A DNA stretch of 63,146 nucleotides, counting the filler, from Reticulomyxa filosa (Eukaryota; Protista; Foraminifera): NCBI GenBank assembly GCA_000512085.1. It is 13 parts of 13 records of this genome, joined end to end, with 100 filler letters (N's around TTAATTAATTAA, not from the genome) between each part and the next. Parts side by side here need not be neighbours in the genome. Positions count along the whole stretch, not along the records: positions 1 to 2,305 come from ASPP01020924.1; positions 2,406 to 5,669 come from ASPP01012818.1; positions 5,770 to 7,053 come from ASPP01014689.1; positions 7,154 to 9,240 come from ASPP01024602.1; positions 9,341 to 11,579 come from ASPP01027056.1; 8 more parts are not named here. One strand, 5' to 3'. The notes under the pieces were generated by a model, which searched no databases, was not told the origin of the DNA, and saw nothing but the letters and a program-made list of their open reading frames with translations. Of this stretch, positions 1 to 11,679 are shown one piece after another; position 1 is the stretch's first letter, and the number at the start of each line of letters is the position of its first letter. The position numbers and the translations under genes were made by a program.

Positions 1-968
1 AAAAAAAAAGAGAAGACACAAGTTCAATGAGATTAAATCTTTAATAACAAACATGCCAATGATAACAAAATAAAAGTGTGAAACTTGAGCCCAAAAAAGG
101 AAGCAAAGTAACGGGTGTGAATAGGTAGATATTCCAAAGACTGAAAATAACTTGAAATCATAATCTAAAAACGATTTTTCTTGAGTTTGGGAGTTGGGGT
201 TGCTTAATTGCTCGTATGAGCGTGTTCTTTGATTATACATTGTTTGCGTTATGTTTTGCGCTTTTTTCGTAGGTCCCTGGTACCATGAAAACTGCCACGA
301 AAAACTAAGATAATTTTTGTACTAGTTTTTGACCTCAAGATAACAGCAGAAAATTATTCCTTGTGAATATGTAATGATAAATAGATATTATGTTATGTGA
401 TAAAACAAAGATATTTTTTTTTAACATGACAAACTTTAAAAGTTAAATAATGCACAAGTTATCAATTATTTTATTGTATCCTTTTAGAAATATTGCTTAC
501 AAGCGAAATTAAATAACTTTAAAAACAAGGTTCGATTATTTTATGAATGCAAAAAGAAAAAACATTATACTTAGTCAAGATCCCAGTGTTTGAAGGGGGA
601 TCCATTTGTCAACAATATTTTTTTTTATTGTTGTTTGGAAAGAAAAAAAGAGCCTACTTTCTTTGCACAAAAAAAGCACACCATTGATTCACATTGTTCC
701 AAAACAAATCAAAAACAGAACAAAAACTAAAATAAGTAAGATAACCAAATCAAAAGCAAGACGCATTTGCAAAGGCATATCAAGCAATAAAGACGGTAAT
801 AAACGAACTATGAGCGAAGTTAGCAAGTAAAGAAGTGAACAAGTGAAGAAAAAGTTTGTAGCAAAACATTGTAAAACAGTTTAGCGAAAAATAAATTAAT
901 TTTTTCAATCTTTTATTGATATTTCTTTCTTTTTCCTTCATTCTTCTTCTGTTTTAGTATTATTATTA

Positions 969-1492
969 TCAATATCCACTTTTTTTTCGTCTGGTCCTTC
1001 TTTCATAGATTCTATCTCCAGATCCTCCCACTCATTGTCTGTCAGATTAATTATTACTTGATATGATTCGTCACATTTTTGTGGCGAAAAAAAAGAGAGG
1101 ACAGGTATTTTGTTTTGTTTTTGAAAAAAAATATCTGTTGATTTGAGTTATCCTAATTAACTTGGCTCTTTCAAAACATAAAATATGACATTGTCTTCTC
1201 GTAAATTTAATTCTTGTATTGATTTGTCTTCATCCAAAATACACTGTTTTAGCACTTCATTTATTATGCGCAGTTGAATATTTGATGCCTCAATCTTTAT
1301 TGCTCCACTTAATCGCATTTTTACCATTGACAATTCTTCTTTGGCTTTGGCTGTCAAAAATACGGTACACTTTTCTCTGTTTGTTGTGTTTCAAAAAGGT
1401 TCTGTGTTATGAGAGCCAAGATCTGTTTCGCAAAAACATTAAGAAAATATTTTGGAAATGTACCGCTTAAAACGAAGATATAAGGTTGTCAT
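969..1492 (-). CDS. Elongin-B-like ubiquitin-fold protein, 3 exons
   Basis: Manual GT-AG splicing gives MTTLYLRFKR|EKCTVFLTAKAKEELSMVKMRLSGAIKIEASNIQLRII...ILDEDKSIQELNLREDNVIFYVLKEP|NNEWEDLEIESMKEGPDEKKSGY*. The N-terminal YLRFKRxKxTVF and the acidic tail resemble Elongin B / UBL proteins. Confidence 0.65.
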
Positions 1493-1960
1493 CTGATAGA
1501 TTAACAAAACAATAAAGTCAAATGTTTTCGAAGGGGAAGATAATCCTGAAAAACTGAAGTTCAGATCATACTTTTGTAGTCATCCTACCCCAAAAGACAA
1601 AAATATCTAAATCTTTTAACAAAAATAAAATACAATCATCACTGAGTAACGCATTGTAGTGTTGATATTATATAATCAGTAATATCAATGATTGCTCTTT
1701 TTTTTTTTTTAACAAACAGTAACAACTGAATCGTACTATGTCATTCAATAAAATCTAGCTTGTATTGATTTCTTTCATAGCGAAGCCCTCAAAGAACTAT
1801 ACAACACTATTAACAATAAAAAAGCTTGTACCAATTACAAAAAATTTTGTGCGTGTGTGTTGCCTCCAAAATAACTCTCCAGCACCGAAAGGAAACTTGT
1901 TTTGTGGAAAAAAACAGGTAAAAAGGGTATTATACCTATTATCTCAGTCGATTTGGATAT

Positions 1961-2305
1961 ATGAGCTGGGTGAGCAATATTAATATTGCACAAGAGCCAG
2001 AAAATGGAGATAATTTGGAAGTTTTGACAGAGTTTGAAATAGGTCAAGTGTCACACCAAATACTAGAAGAGCAAGAAAGAGAACCAAGTGGGATATCCCA
2101 AATCTTTGAGGCGACAAATAACGAGACAACGCCCATACGTTCTGGAGTGGTGATTAATGACGGTAACGTATTAGACCTGTCAAAGCGCGCGTCGCTCTCA
2201 TCGAATATGCCAGTAAAAAAAAAAAAAAAAGCACATAACACACATTCATACATATTACATATACAATTGCTGTTCAATTTGATTATTCATTTAGAAAAAA
2301 AAAAA
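1961..2305 (+). CDS. 5' part of hypothetical protein, truncated at contig end
   Basis: ATG-initiated ORF of about 85 coding-like residues, then intron-like A-rich/ATAC sequence. No recognisable domain. Confidence 0.4.
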
Positions 2306-2405
2306 NNNNNNNNNNNNNNNNNNNNNNNNNNNNNNNNNNNNNNNNNNNNTTAATTAATTAANNNNNNNNNNNNNNNNNNNNNNNNNNNNNNNNNNNNNNN
2401 NNNNN
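2306..2405. other. Artificial contig linker
   Basis: N44-TTAATTAATTAA-N44, giving stops in all six frames. Confidence 0.99.
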
Positions 2406-2444
<39 letters not shown>

Positions 2445-2528
2445 TTTTACCTTCCGCAAGGACTCTTTCGAACTGAGCACGACTAACAAATGAGATAAAT
2501 AAATAAACAAATACATAAAAGATACAAT

Positions 2529-2859
2529 ATGAACCCATTTGTGATATTAATTTGTGTCAGTTTATCAGTAAACAACTTGGGACATATGCTCTTGACAAGC
2601 GCATTGAACGCAGCATGCTATGGCTATCTAACCGTCTCGGCATGCATGTTGGCGTTGGCAACAGTGATCGATGTGTATCCACTAGTCCTCATACCCGTTT
2701 GCATTCTCTTCCTAACTCATTATCGTGCAAGTCATAACAATCACAACAAAAAAATTCAAACATGGCAAATTGCGTCATTCTTTTCAATTTTTTATCTCAC
2801 TTTTTTTTTCTTCTTTTTCACTTTCAACTTTTATTTCTCTGGGTATGTTTTTTTTTTTT

Positions 2860-2891
<32 letters not shown>

Positions 2892-2918
2892 GTCACAATT
2901 CATACAAATACATATTAC

Positions 2919-2960
<42 letters not shown>

Positions 2961-3590
2961 GTATTTGTATGACCTCGGTATCGGTGCTCACTTTTTGTAT
3001 TAATGCTAATTTGTCTTTTTTGAATAAATAATAATCGAAGCAATAATTGGGATTTCGTGAGACACTTTTATGGATTTATGTTTGTTGGCGATGACCCAAT
3101 GCCAAATATTGGCCCTTGGTGGTACCTTCGGATGCAAATGTTTCATCAATTTCTTTTGTTTTTCATTTTGATAGTCCACATGCAACCCGTTATATTTGCG
3201 GTTCCATTTTTCATTCGGTTTCGCGAATATCCTCATCTCATATGCTATTTGTCCATTCACTTGTTTTCTACCTTTCGAGTCTATCCCGTCTATTCAGATT
3301 CGATGGGTTTGTCGCTGGCGTTTCTCATGATCGTTTTTCCCATTCTCTATGGCGGAGACTTCTCCAACCTTTTGATTTACACTCTAGTCTGCGTGATCAG
3401 TATTATTTTAATGTATTTTGAATGGTTCATGTGGATCGACGCTGGCACTGGTAATGCCAACTTTTTCTATGGAAGCAATTTGCTGTTCTTATTTTGTCAT
3501 GCTCACCTCATGTGTTCTGCTATTGCTTCTGCAAGAAAATTCTTACATTTTTACCCCTCTTCTATTTTACAAGCCAAAAAAAACAATTAG
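2529..3590 (+). CDS. PIGU: GPI transamidase subunit PIG-U/GAB1, 5'-truncated, spliced
   Basis: Hallmark motifs NPFxILxC, YPLxLI, PNIGPWWYxxMQMF and MWIxAGTGNANFFY; multi-pass hydrophobic protein. Confidence 0.9.
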
Positions 3591-3989
3591 TTTTGTGTAC
3601 TCTGTTTTATTTCTTTTTTTTTTTATTCAACACAAAATCTGGTTTTATCACTTTATTATTAATTTTTTTTTTTTTTTTACGTGTTGGAATATTCAAGACA
3701 TATTTATTCAAAGGGCAAAATCATCACAAAAACAGCAATCCCATTTTGTGTACAATTTAAATTGTTTACCACAAAGCAATGCTGCTGTTTTTCAAATATC
3801 TTTTTTTTCTTTCTATTCACAACGATGGCAAAGGCCGAAAGATAATAAGTCAAAACTTTCAGTGTATTTTTTCTAACGAACTTTTTTTTTTTGATATAAA
3901 TAGGGGGATCACGGCAAAAGTGCATCGGGGATTCGCGCACAGGATTGAGCAAATCATTTTAACTATTACTTTCTGCATAAAAGATAATA

Positions 3990-4495
3990 ATGTCTAAAGA
4001 AATAGAACCAAAATATAACTTTGGTAAGGGAGGGAAATTGTCGTTGGATCTAAATATCTCTCGTCAACATACTGACGCTTCTCAAAACGTGACATTTTAC
4101 GTGATTCAAGTTCGTCTGGATAATTTTGGTGTTCAATATGAAGTTCAACGAAGATTTCGAGATTTTGATAGTATTGATCTATGCGATAGACTTTACATCC
4201 ATACGCATACATATCTATGTCCATACATACATATGTATACGCTCATAATACAAAATGGTCTTCTGTGAAAAGAGTAAAAGAAAAAGAAAACAAATAAAAC
4301 AGCACTTCACAAAAAGTTGTCATTAACATATCGGAATAAAATGTTGCCTGCATTGCCACCAAAGACATTGCGAAAGAAATTTGATATCGAATTCATCAAT
4401 GAAAGGAAGAAGAATTTGAACACGTGTGTGACAAAAGTATTTTGTTGTCTATGTGCATCTATAGTCATATCTGTATACGTATCCAGATCTTTTCC

Positions 4496-4529
<34 letters not shown>

Positions 4530-4882
4530 GTTGTTGTTGTTGTTCGTCATTGAAAAGGTACTTGCACGATATGGCGCAGCGTAGCTACTTGGTGAATGAA
4601 ATAAGTGTGTGGAGCTTTTTGGAACTGGCCAAGCATATTGACCCGAATTTGTATCGTTACCACTGTATCCATTTGAACACATTTTTGTGCAATGATTACA
4701 ACGTTACCGCAATTGCGGAGCCATCTCTCAACCGCGACAATGACCCCAGTTCCAACCCATTCCAGCTGTTGGTAATTGTTTCTTTGTGTTTCCTATCTCC
4801 TTTTCTATCACATACACGCACACGCACACGCACACTCTATTGTGCAAAAAACTATTTCTCTGTGAAAACAAAACAATATGAC

Positions 4883-4929
<47 letters not shown>

Positions 4930-5617
4930 GCGTGAATGGGATGTTATCTTTGCGATGCCAGTGGACTCGAATACATTTGTGACAGTGTCGCGAATTCGAT
5001 TGGACCACACGAAACCGAGTTGGTGGGAGATATTTTTTGAGACTGATCCCAGCGCAAGATCATTGCATACTGGACGCGGCGACAATAAGGCCAGACATAC
5101 GACGCAGACAAAGGAAGCGGATATACCCAAGGACCAAGAAAATGAAAGAGAAGAGGAAGAGGAAGAGAAGCGGGTGATTGAGACAACAACGGACAAAAAT
5201 GGAGTTGATGACGATGAAAAGGAGGACAAAAAGAAGGAAGAAGAGGATGGAAATGACGAGAAGGAAGAATATCAAGTCGGAAAAATCGAGCTTTGGAAAT
5301 GGCAAGAAAAAGATGACAATCATGTCTTGTCAGATAAAACAGCACGTCACTCTACGTATATCGCGTCCCCTGCGTCGGAACATTATCTGACGATGACAAG
5401 CCAAGACAGCAACACAGAAATCCACAACTCTCCTGTATTTTCCTTGCACATTCGAGTACATCCTCCCAAGTCTGCGTACTTTTGTCGTCTTAACAATGTT
5501 TTATTTGTTGGACAAGAGTTTGGTGCTGTCCTCTTGTTCCGCTACAATCCGCACAAACAAGTTTTGTTCTTAGAATGTTGCATTGCTTTTGATTTGAGAA
5601 TCATCTCTTTATTTTAG
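3990..5617 (+). CDS. PX-domain protein with probable beta-propeller-like C-terminal part, spliced, probably 3'-truncated
   Basis: Spliced PX signature TFYVIQV...VQRRFRDFD|TLHKKL...LPALPPK...FINERKKNLN..YL...SFLEL. Exons about 3990-4170, 4303-4423, 4558-4771 and 4931 onward. Confidence 0.8.
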
Positions 5618-5635
5618 TTAGAAAAATAATTAATT

Positions 5636-5669
<34 letters not shown>

Positions 5670-5769
5670 NNNNNNNNNNNNNNNNNNNNNNNNNNNNNNN
5701 NNNNNNNNNNNNNTTAATTAATTAANNNNNNNNNNNNNNNNNNNNNNNNNNNNNNNNNNNNNNNNNNNN
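5670..5769. other. Artificial contig linker
   Basis: N44-TTAATTAATTAA-N44. Confidence 0.99.
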
Positions 5770-5805
<36 letters not shown>

Positions 5806-7053
5806 CATTAGACCTACTCTGATTTCACAAAACTGAGCGAAATGCAACTCAACTACTGATCGCAAGAATGTGACAACTTGTTCTTGCCTTTCTTCAAACG
5901 TGATATCCGCTTTTCCCAGTATCTTTTTCAGACGTTCGTACTCCTGCTTGCTCGACTCCATATTCTGCCTGAGCATGTGCGTCCGCTGTTGCCGCTCCGG
6001 CACGTCATTTGACAGCCGAATTTTCCACGCCGTGTGGAACGCCGTCTCTACATTCAGACGTACGTCTTCGATATTCCAACGCCGATTCGATCGGATCTTT
6101 TTGCTGGCCGCTTTCAATTTGTTTAATTTTTCTTTGAAACATGCCATATGCAATTTTTCCAGCGCAATTTGCTCTTCGTAATACGATATTGTAGTAGTGT
6201 GATATTCCCTAATTATTATTATTAGTATTGATAACTATAAATAAAAGTTTGTTTTTTTTTTTTCTAATTATACATGCATATATATATATATATACACATA
6301 TAAATTTATACATATATGACATACCGACAGGTTGTTTGCAAATCAACGACATGCCACAGCTTCCATTTTTGCAAGTCACCTGACATTTGATCTTTGAGTT
6401 TTTCAACCTTTTCTTCTAGCTTCATGATCTGCTGTGCATGCTGTTGCAATGTGTTTTCTAACTTTTGGATTGATTTGTCCAATTCAAATTGCAATGCTTT
6501 TTTTGTGCTATTTGTGGTTGTTTTATTGTTAGCGGTACTTTTTTTTTTTTTTTGTGCTGTGCACACAACATAATATATGTATTATTCATATATATGTACG
6601 TATACATGTATATTTATATATTTATATATATATATATGTATATGTGTGTGTGTATATAACTCGAGTTTCAGCAATCGTCGAGAAATTCTTTCGGCATCCC
6701 TCGGCGGCATTTGCGCAATGCTGTATTTGGTGTTCCAGTCTGTCTCGCTCATCATACTGTCGTCTTTGGCGTTGACAGACTCGACCACTTTGGTCCTGCT
6801 GCTGGGCTGCCATTCCGATGTGCTGCGGCTGCGGCCGATGGGACTTACGGTCGGTGGTAAATGCTCCTCTTCCGTGCTCGTTGTGTTCATCATATTTGTT
6901 GTATTTGTTGTATTCGTCGTGTTTGTCGTGTTCGAACTCCCTCCAACGATGCGCTGCCAAAAGCCTCCCCATTTGCGTGTGCTGGTTGGTTTTTCGGTCT
7001 TGTTTGTGCTATCTTGCACGGACGGTGACTCATCATCTTTTTTTTTTTTTTTT
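5770..7053 (-). CDS. Internal fragment of helical coiled-coil protein, possibly sorting-nexin/BAR-like
   Basis: Spliced exons give ..EKLKDQMSGDLQKWKLWHVVDLQTTCR|EYHTTTISYYEEQI.., resembling the last helix of SNX-BAR domains. Truncated at both ends. Confidence 0.4.
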
Positions 7054-7153
7054 NNNNNNNNNNNNNNNNNNNNNNNNNNNNNNNNNNNNNNNNNNNNTTA
7101 ATTAATTAANNNNNNNNNNNNNNNNNNNNNNNNNNNNNNNNNNNNNNNNNNNN
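7054..7153. other. Artificial contig linker
   Basis: N44-TTAATTAATTAA-N44. Confidence 0.99.
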
Positions 7154-8090
7154 TCATCTGATCCAGATAATATTGTATTTAATAATCCATTTGATCCGTA
7201 TTTTACAATCATCACGAAATTTTTATGTCATTTGAATATATTGAATTGTTTAGTTGTTTCAATATATCATTCTTCAGTCTGTATTAGTCACAAATTATAT
7301 ACAAAAATAAAACAATAAAAAAGGTAATGTATTTGCAATAAAGCTTACTAATTCTAGTTGTGTTGAAGTTCGCTTCTCATATTGTCTCATAATTAAATTC
7401 TTTGTAAACAAATAACTATTTTTGTTGTATAATTTTTTCCATAATCAAATTGTCTTATCACTAAATTTAAATCATCGGATGATAAATGAACATAATTAAT
7501 TATTCCGTTATGTCATTCTAGCACTTGCATTTGTTTTCTTAAAGCCATATCTCATCGTTAAAATATATTTAAATTGATTTTCTAGTCAATATATCACATA
7601 ATCAAATTGTTTTATCTTTCCGGCAAGATGTAATTGTAGTGCAATCTGGAGAAAATTTTATATCAATTACACTTTTATTTCCTTCAAATAAAAACATCTG
7701 ATCTTTTATTATATGATATATCACATACTAATATTTGATCTTTGATGTTGCAATATCCCTGCAGATTGATTCTTCCAATTTATATTTTTTCCATTTCCTT
7801 TTGTATGATCTTGTTGTCATTAGTTGTATTCACTGTATTTTCTTATTCTTGTTTTTATTCATTATTTTAAACAAAGCGATATAAAATATTTATCAATTTA
7901 ATGACTTTGTTATTATCTGTTTTATATTCTTCAATTCATTGATTTTGCTTTTTTGCTTTTTGATTCTAATTTGTCCTTTAAAATAATAACATATTCCAGC
8001 ACTCTTTTATTTTGTTATTTGAATAATATAATCTCTTATATTATCTATAAAAAGATAACAGAATACAAAGTTTCTCCTCTTCTATTATTC
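7154..8090 (-). pseudogene. Decayed coiled-coil/WD40 family remnants
   Basis: Fragments such as VKYGSNGLLNTILSGSD and VIDIKFSPD are interrupted by stops and frameshifts. No ORF of 60 aa or more. Confidence 0.65.
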
Positions 8091-8779
8091 AAAGTGCTAA
8101 TATAAACAACATAAAATATAAAATAAAACATCAAACTCTTTCGTCTTATTTTCTTTGTCGGAATTATGTACTTCAACCAAAAATAGTCATGTAGAATTTT
8201 TTTTTTAAGAACATGGCTGACAGATACACTTTTTAAAAAAGTAAGATATTTTCTTCTTGTGACTGTTTAATAATTATTTAACATAACTCCAAAATATTAT
8301 GTGCAAAACATTTTAAAAAAAAAAATTTAATGATCTAATGTCTCACTCTGTTCTTTAATAAATATTACCTTATTAATATCCTCATTTTAAAAATATTCTC
8401 AATCTTTTTTTTTATTGTGAAATGGCAATTGTATCTTTGAGAGGACACGTGCTTCAAACAGTCCCAAATACTATATGACAGCCCTTTAAATCTATTTGTG
8501 CAACTTGCAAAACCATTATTTTTTAAAGGAAATAATTAAATACTTTATCTTCCATCTAACTTCAGAGTATTATTGAGTTACATGAAATGTTTGAATATTG
8601 TATGTTTTTATCTGCCAATTTCCATGACATTGAACAACACTTTAGATACTATCATTTGAAACATAGTAATATTATCCACATAATTCAATTGAAAAAAAAA
8701 ACCAAAACAAATTTTTATCAGTACCTGTTCAATTCACAAAAATAGTATTAGCTTCAAAAAAAACATCGCTCACATTTGT

Positions 8780-9240
8780 TCATCCCCAAATACAAATTGA
8801 ACCATTTTTTGAACCATAACATAAATTAATGCTACTATCACCATTTGATTTTTGTTCATAATCATTTATTTTCTTTTTCAATCCAATATATTTAAGACAG
8901 CCTATTCCTTCATCTAATTTCATTGCATACAATTGTTTCTTACTTGATCGAATATCCCAAAAACGAATTGTATTATCCAATGATCCAGAACATAACACAT
9001 TTGGACTACCATCACTATTATTTATTACAAATGGTGAATATTCAACAGCATATACATAATCTCTATGTCCATTGAATACTTGAGTTTGTTGACCAGATCG
9101 AATATCCCACAAACGAACACTTCTATCAGATGATCCAGATAATATTGTATTCATTAATTCATTTGGTCCATATTTTACAATCCTAATCCAATTTTTATGT
9201 CCTTTGAGTACATTCAATTGTTTTGTTGTTTCAATATCCC
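8780..9240 (-). CDS. 3' part of WD40 repeat protein (expanded family)
   Basis: GH...VKYG..NTILSGSSDRSVRLWDIRS, VEYSPF..LCSGSLDNTIRFWD, C-terminal LCYGSxNGSICIWG. Confidence 0.9.
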
Positions 9241-9340
9241 NNNNNNNNNNNNNNNNNNNNNNNNNNNNNNNNNNNNNNNNNNNNTTAATTAATTAANNNN
9301 NNNNNNNNNNNNNNNNNNNNNNNNNNNNNNNNNNNNNNNN
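9241..9340. other. Artificial contig linker
   Basis: N44-TTAATTAATTAA-N44. Confidence 0.99.
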
Positions 9341-9649
9341 AAAATCTTTAATTTGTTTCTTTTTCTAGACCTATATAACACATTGTTAAAAAGTATGCAA
9401 AGTAGAAAATTATTCATTACCTTTTTTTGCTTCCATTGTATTTAGTTTCACTTAAAAAAAAGATCATGTGTATGACAATCTTAAATGAGAAATGACTACC
9501 AAGAAAATATAATTCTTGTAACCAAATTAATTAAATCAAATGTCTTTCGTTATTTATTTAAAGGCAAAAATGCTTTAAAAAATAAAAACAACTCCAACCA
9601 GATATAAAAAAGTTAGAGAATGATAAAATAAAGAAATTGCAAAAAAAAT

Positions 9650-11579
9650 TCATCCCAAAATCTTGATGTTACCTTTTCTTGAACCGTAACATAAATGAAC
9701 ACCACAATCTCCATTTATTTCTTCATTGTCGTTTTCTATCTTTTTCAATGACAAAAATTTAAGGCATGTTATTCCATCATCTTTTTCATCTGCTTTAATT
9801 GCATATAATTCTTTATTTGATCGAATATCCCAAAAGCGAATTGTATTATCCCATGATGCAGAACATATTATATTTCCACTATTCTCCACTACAAATGGTG
9901 AATATTCAACAGCGCACACATAGCTTATATGTCCATTGAACACTTGGATTTGTTGACTAGATCGAATATCCCACAAACGAACACTCTTATCATCTGATCC
10001 AGATAATATTGTATTTGCACCAATAATACCTGATCCATTTGGTCCATATTTTACACTTCTCACTGCACTTCTATGTCCTTTGATTACAATAGATTGTTTG
10101 GCTGTTTCAATATCCCATACATAAATGGTTTTATCAAATGATCCAGAACAAATAGTATATCCATTACCACCAATTAAACCAATGCTATTACTTTTATTGT
10201 TATCATTATTATTGCTTTGCAAAGGTGAAAAATCTACACACCAAACAGTTCTTAAATGTCCATTAAAAATATGTAAAGACTTAGATGTTTCGATATCCCA
10301 TAAACGAACGGTTTGTCATTTGATCCAGAACACAAATATCGACCACCATTAAATGGAGAGAATTCAATACCACAAATAGTATCAGTATGTCCGTTGAGTA
10401 TTTGTAATTGTTGATTATTTTTGATATCCCAAAAGCCAATGATTTTGTCAGTTAATGAAGAACAAATGGCATTATAATGATGACTATAATAATGGTATGT
10501 TGAAAATTTCACACAAGTTACTTGACCTGAATGTCCATTGAATAATTGAATTTGTTTGTTGGCATCTACATCCCATACACGAATCGTTTTATCTTGTGAT
10601 CCAGAACAAATGAATTGACCACCATCAAATGTTGAATAATCAATACTGCATACACGACCAGTGTCTCCATAAAACGTTTTGATTAATTTGAGTGATGAAC
10701 GAAATAAATCAAAAGAGAAAGATTTTAACGATGTAGTAGTAAGTTGATACGTTTCTTTTTTATCTGGTTTTTTTTCTTCTTCTTTGTTTAATTCTTGAAG
10801 TAATGTTTGATAGCTATGATTCAATTTCTCATTATCTTGAATCAATTTTTCATTATCTTGCTTCAATTCATCATTACCTTGAGTTAATAATCCAATAGTT
10901 TTTTCAAGATTGGATATAATATCGTCTTTAGTATCATTTAGTTCATTTTTATACAAATTACGTTTTTCTTCATTTTGTATCATATCGTTTTTAATTTCAA
11001 TTGTCCTCATATAGTTCACTTGCATCTCTTTATTAATTTCAATCATCTTATAAATTTCATTTTTCAAAATACCATTTTCAATTTTCAACTCATCGTTTTC
11101 TTTTTTCAATTGGCAAATGTGAGAGTTAAATTGTTCTGCTTTAATCTTATTTTTTTATTTAATTTTATAATATTACAAATATTTATATATTTTAAAAAAA
11201 AAAAACTAAACTTTATAAGATTGTAATAAGCTGGTTACTAAATCAAAATGTTGTTTCATATTTTTAATCAAATGATCATTCAAATTTTTCCTAACACAAG
11301 TATTGTCACAGCCAAAGGATTTGAAACAACAATCAACCAATCCGAATTGACAATCATTAACTAAATGATTATTTAAACAACTAAGTGTTCCTTGAAAACA
11401 ACATTTAATCGTTTCATCTACATTTTCTTGTTTGATAACTTGCGAATCTTGTTCAACTTGTCTTGGGCATCTTACTCGTAAATCTTCAATGCAATTTTGT
11501 ACAGTTATATTCTTTTCATATTGACAATTACTGTGTAGCTGAACAGGACAACAATAGTTATTGTCTTGAAAAAATTTTT
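9650..11579 (-). CDS. RING/TRAF zinc finger - coiled coil - WD40 protein, 5'-truncated, one frameshift near 10312
   Basis: 11230-11579 translates to CCPVQLHSNC...RCPRQ...CCFQGTLSCLNNHLVNDCQFGLVDCCFKSFGCDNTC..LNDHL...HFDLV, followed by a coiled coil and about 7 WD40 repeats. One extra A joins the two WD40 ORFs (SNDK-TVRLWDIETS). Confidence 0.8.
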
Positions 11580-11679
11580 NNNNNNNNNNNNNNNNNNNNN
11601 NNNNNNNNNNNNNNNNNNNNNNNTTAATTAATTAANNNNNNNNNNNNNNNNNNNNNNNNNNNNNNNNNNNNNNNNNNNN
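11580..11679. other. Artificial contig linker
   Basis: N44-TTAATTAATTAA-N44. Confidence 0.99.

Noticed and set aside
969-1492. Genomic linkage of the Elongin-B-like gene to the SOCS-box-like receptors
   Set aside because: They are on different contigs, so co-occurrence in the window is accidental
2306-2405. Recurring TTAATTAATTAA flanked by Ns as a repeat or CRISPR-like element
   Set aside because: It is an identical 100-bp synthetic linker with six-frame stops, so it is an assembly concatenation artefact
3990-7053. PX and BAR-like parts as one sorting nexin
   Set aside because: Opposite strands and separated by a linker
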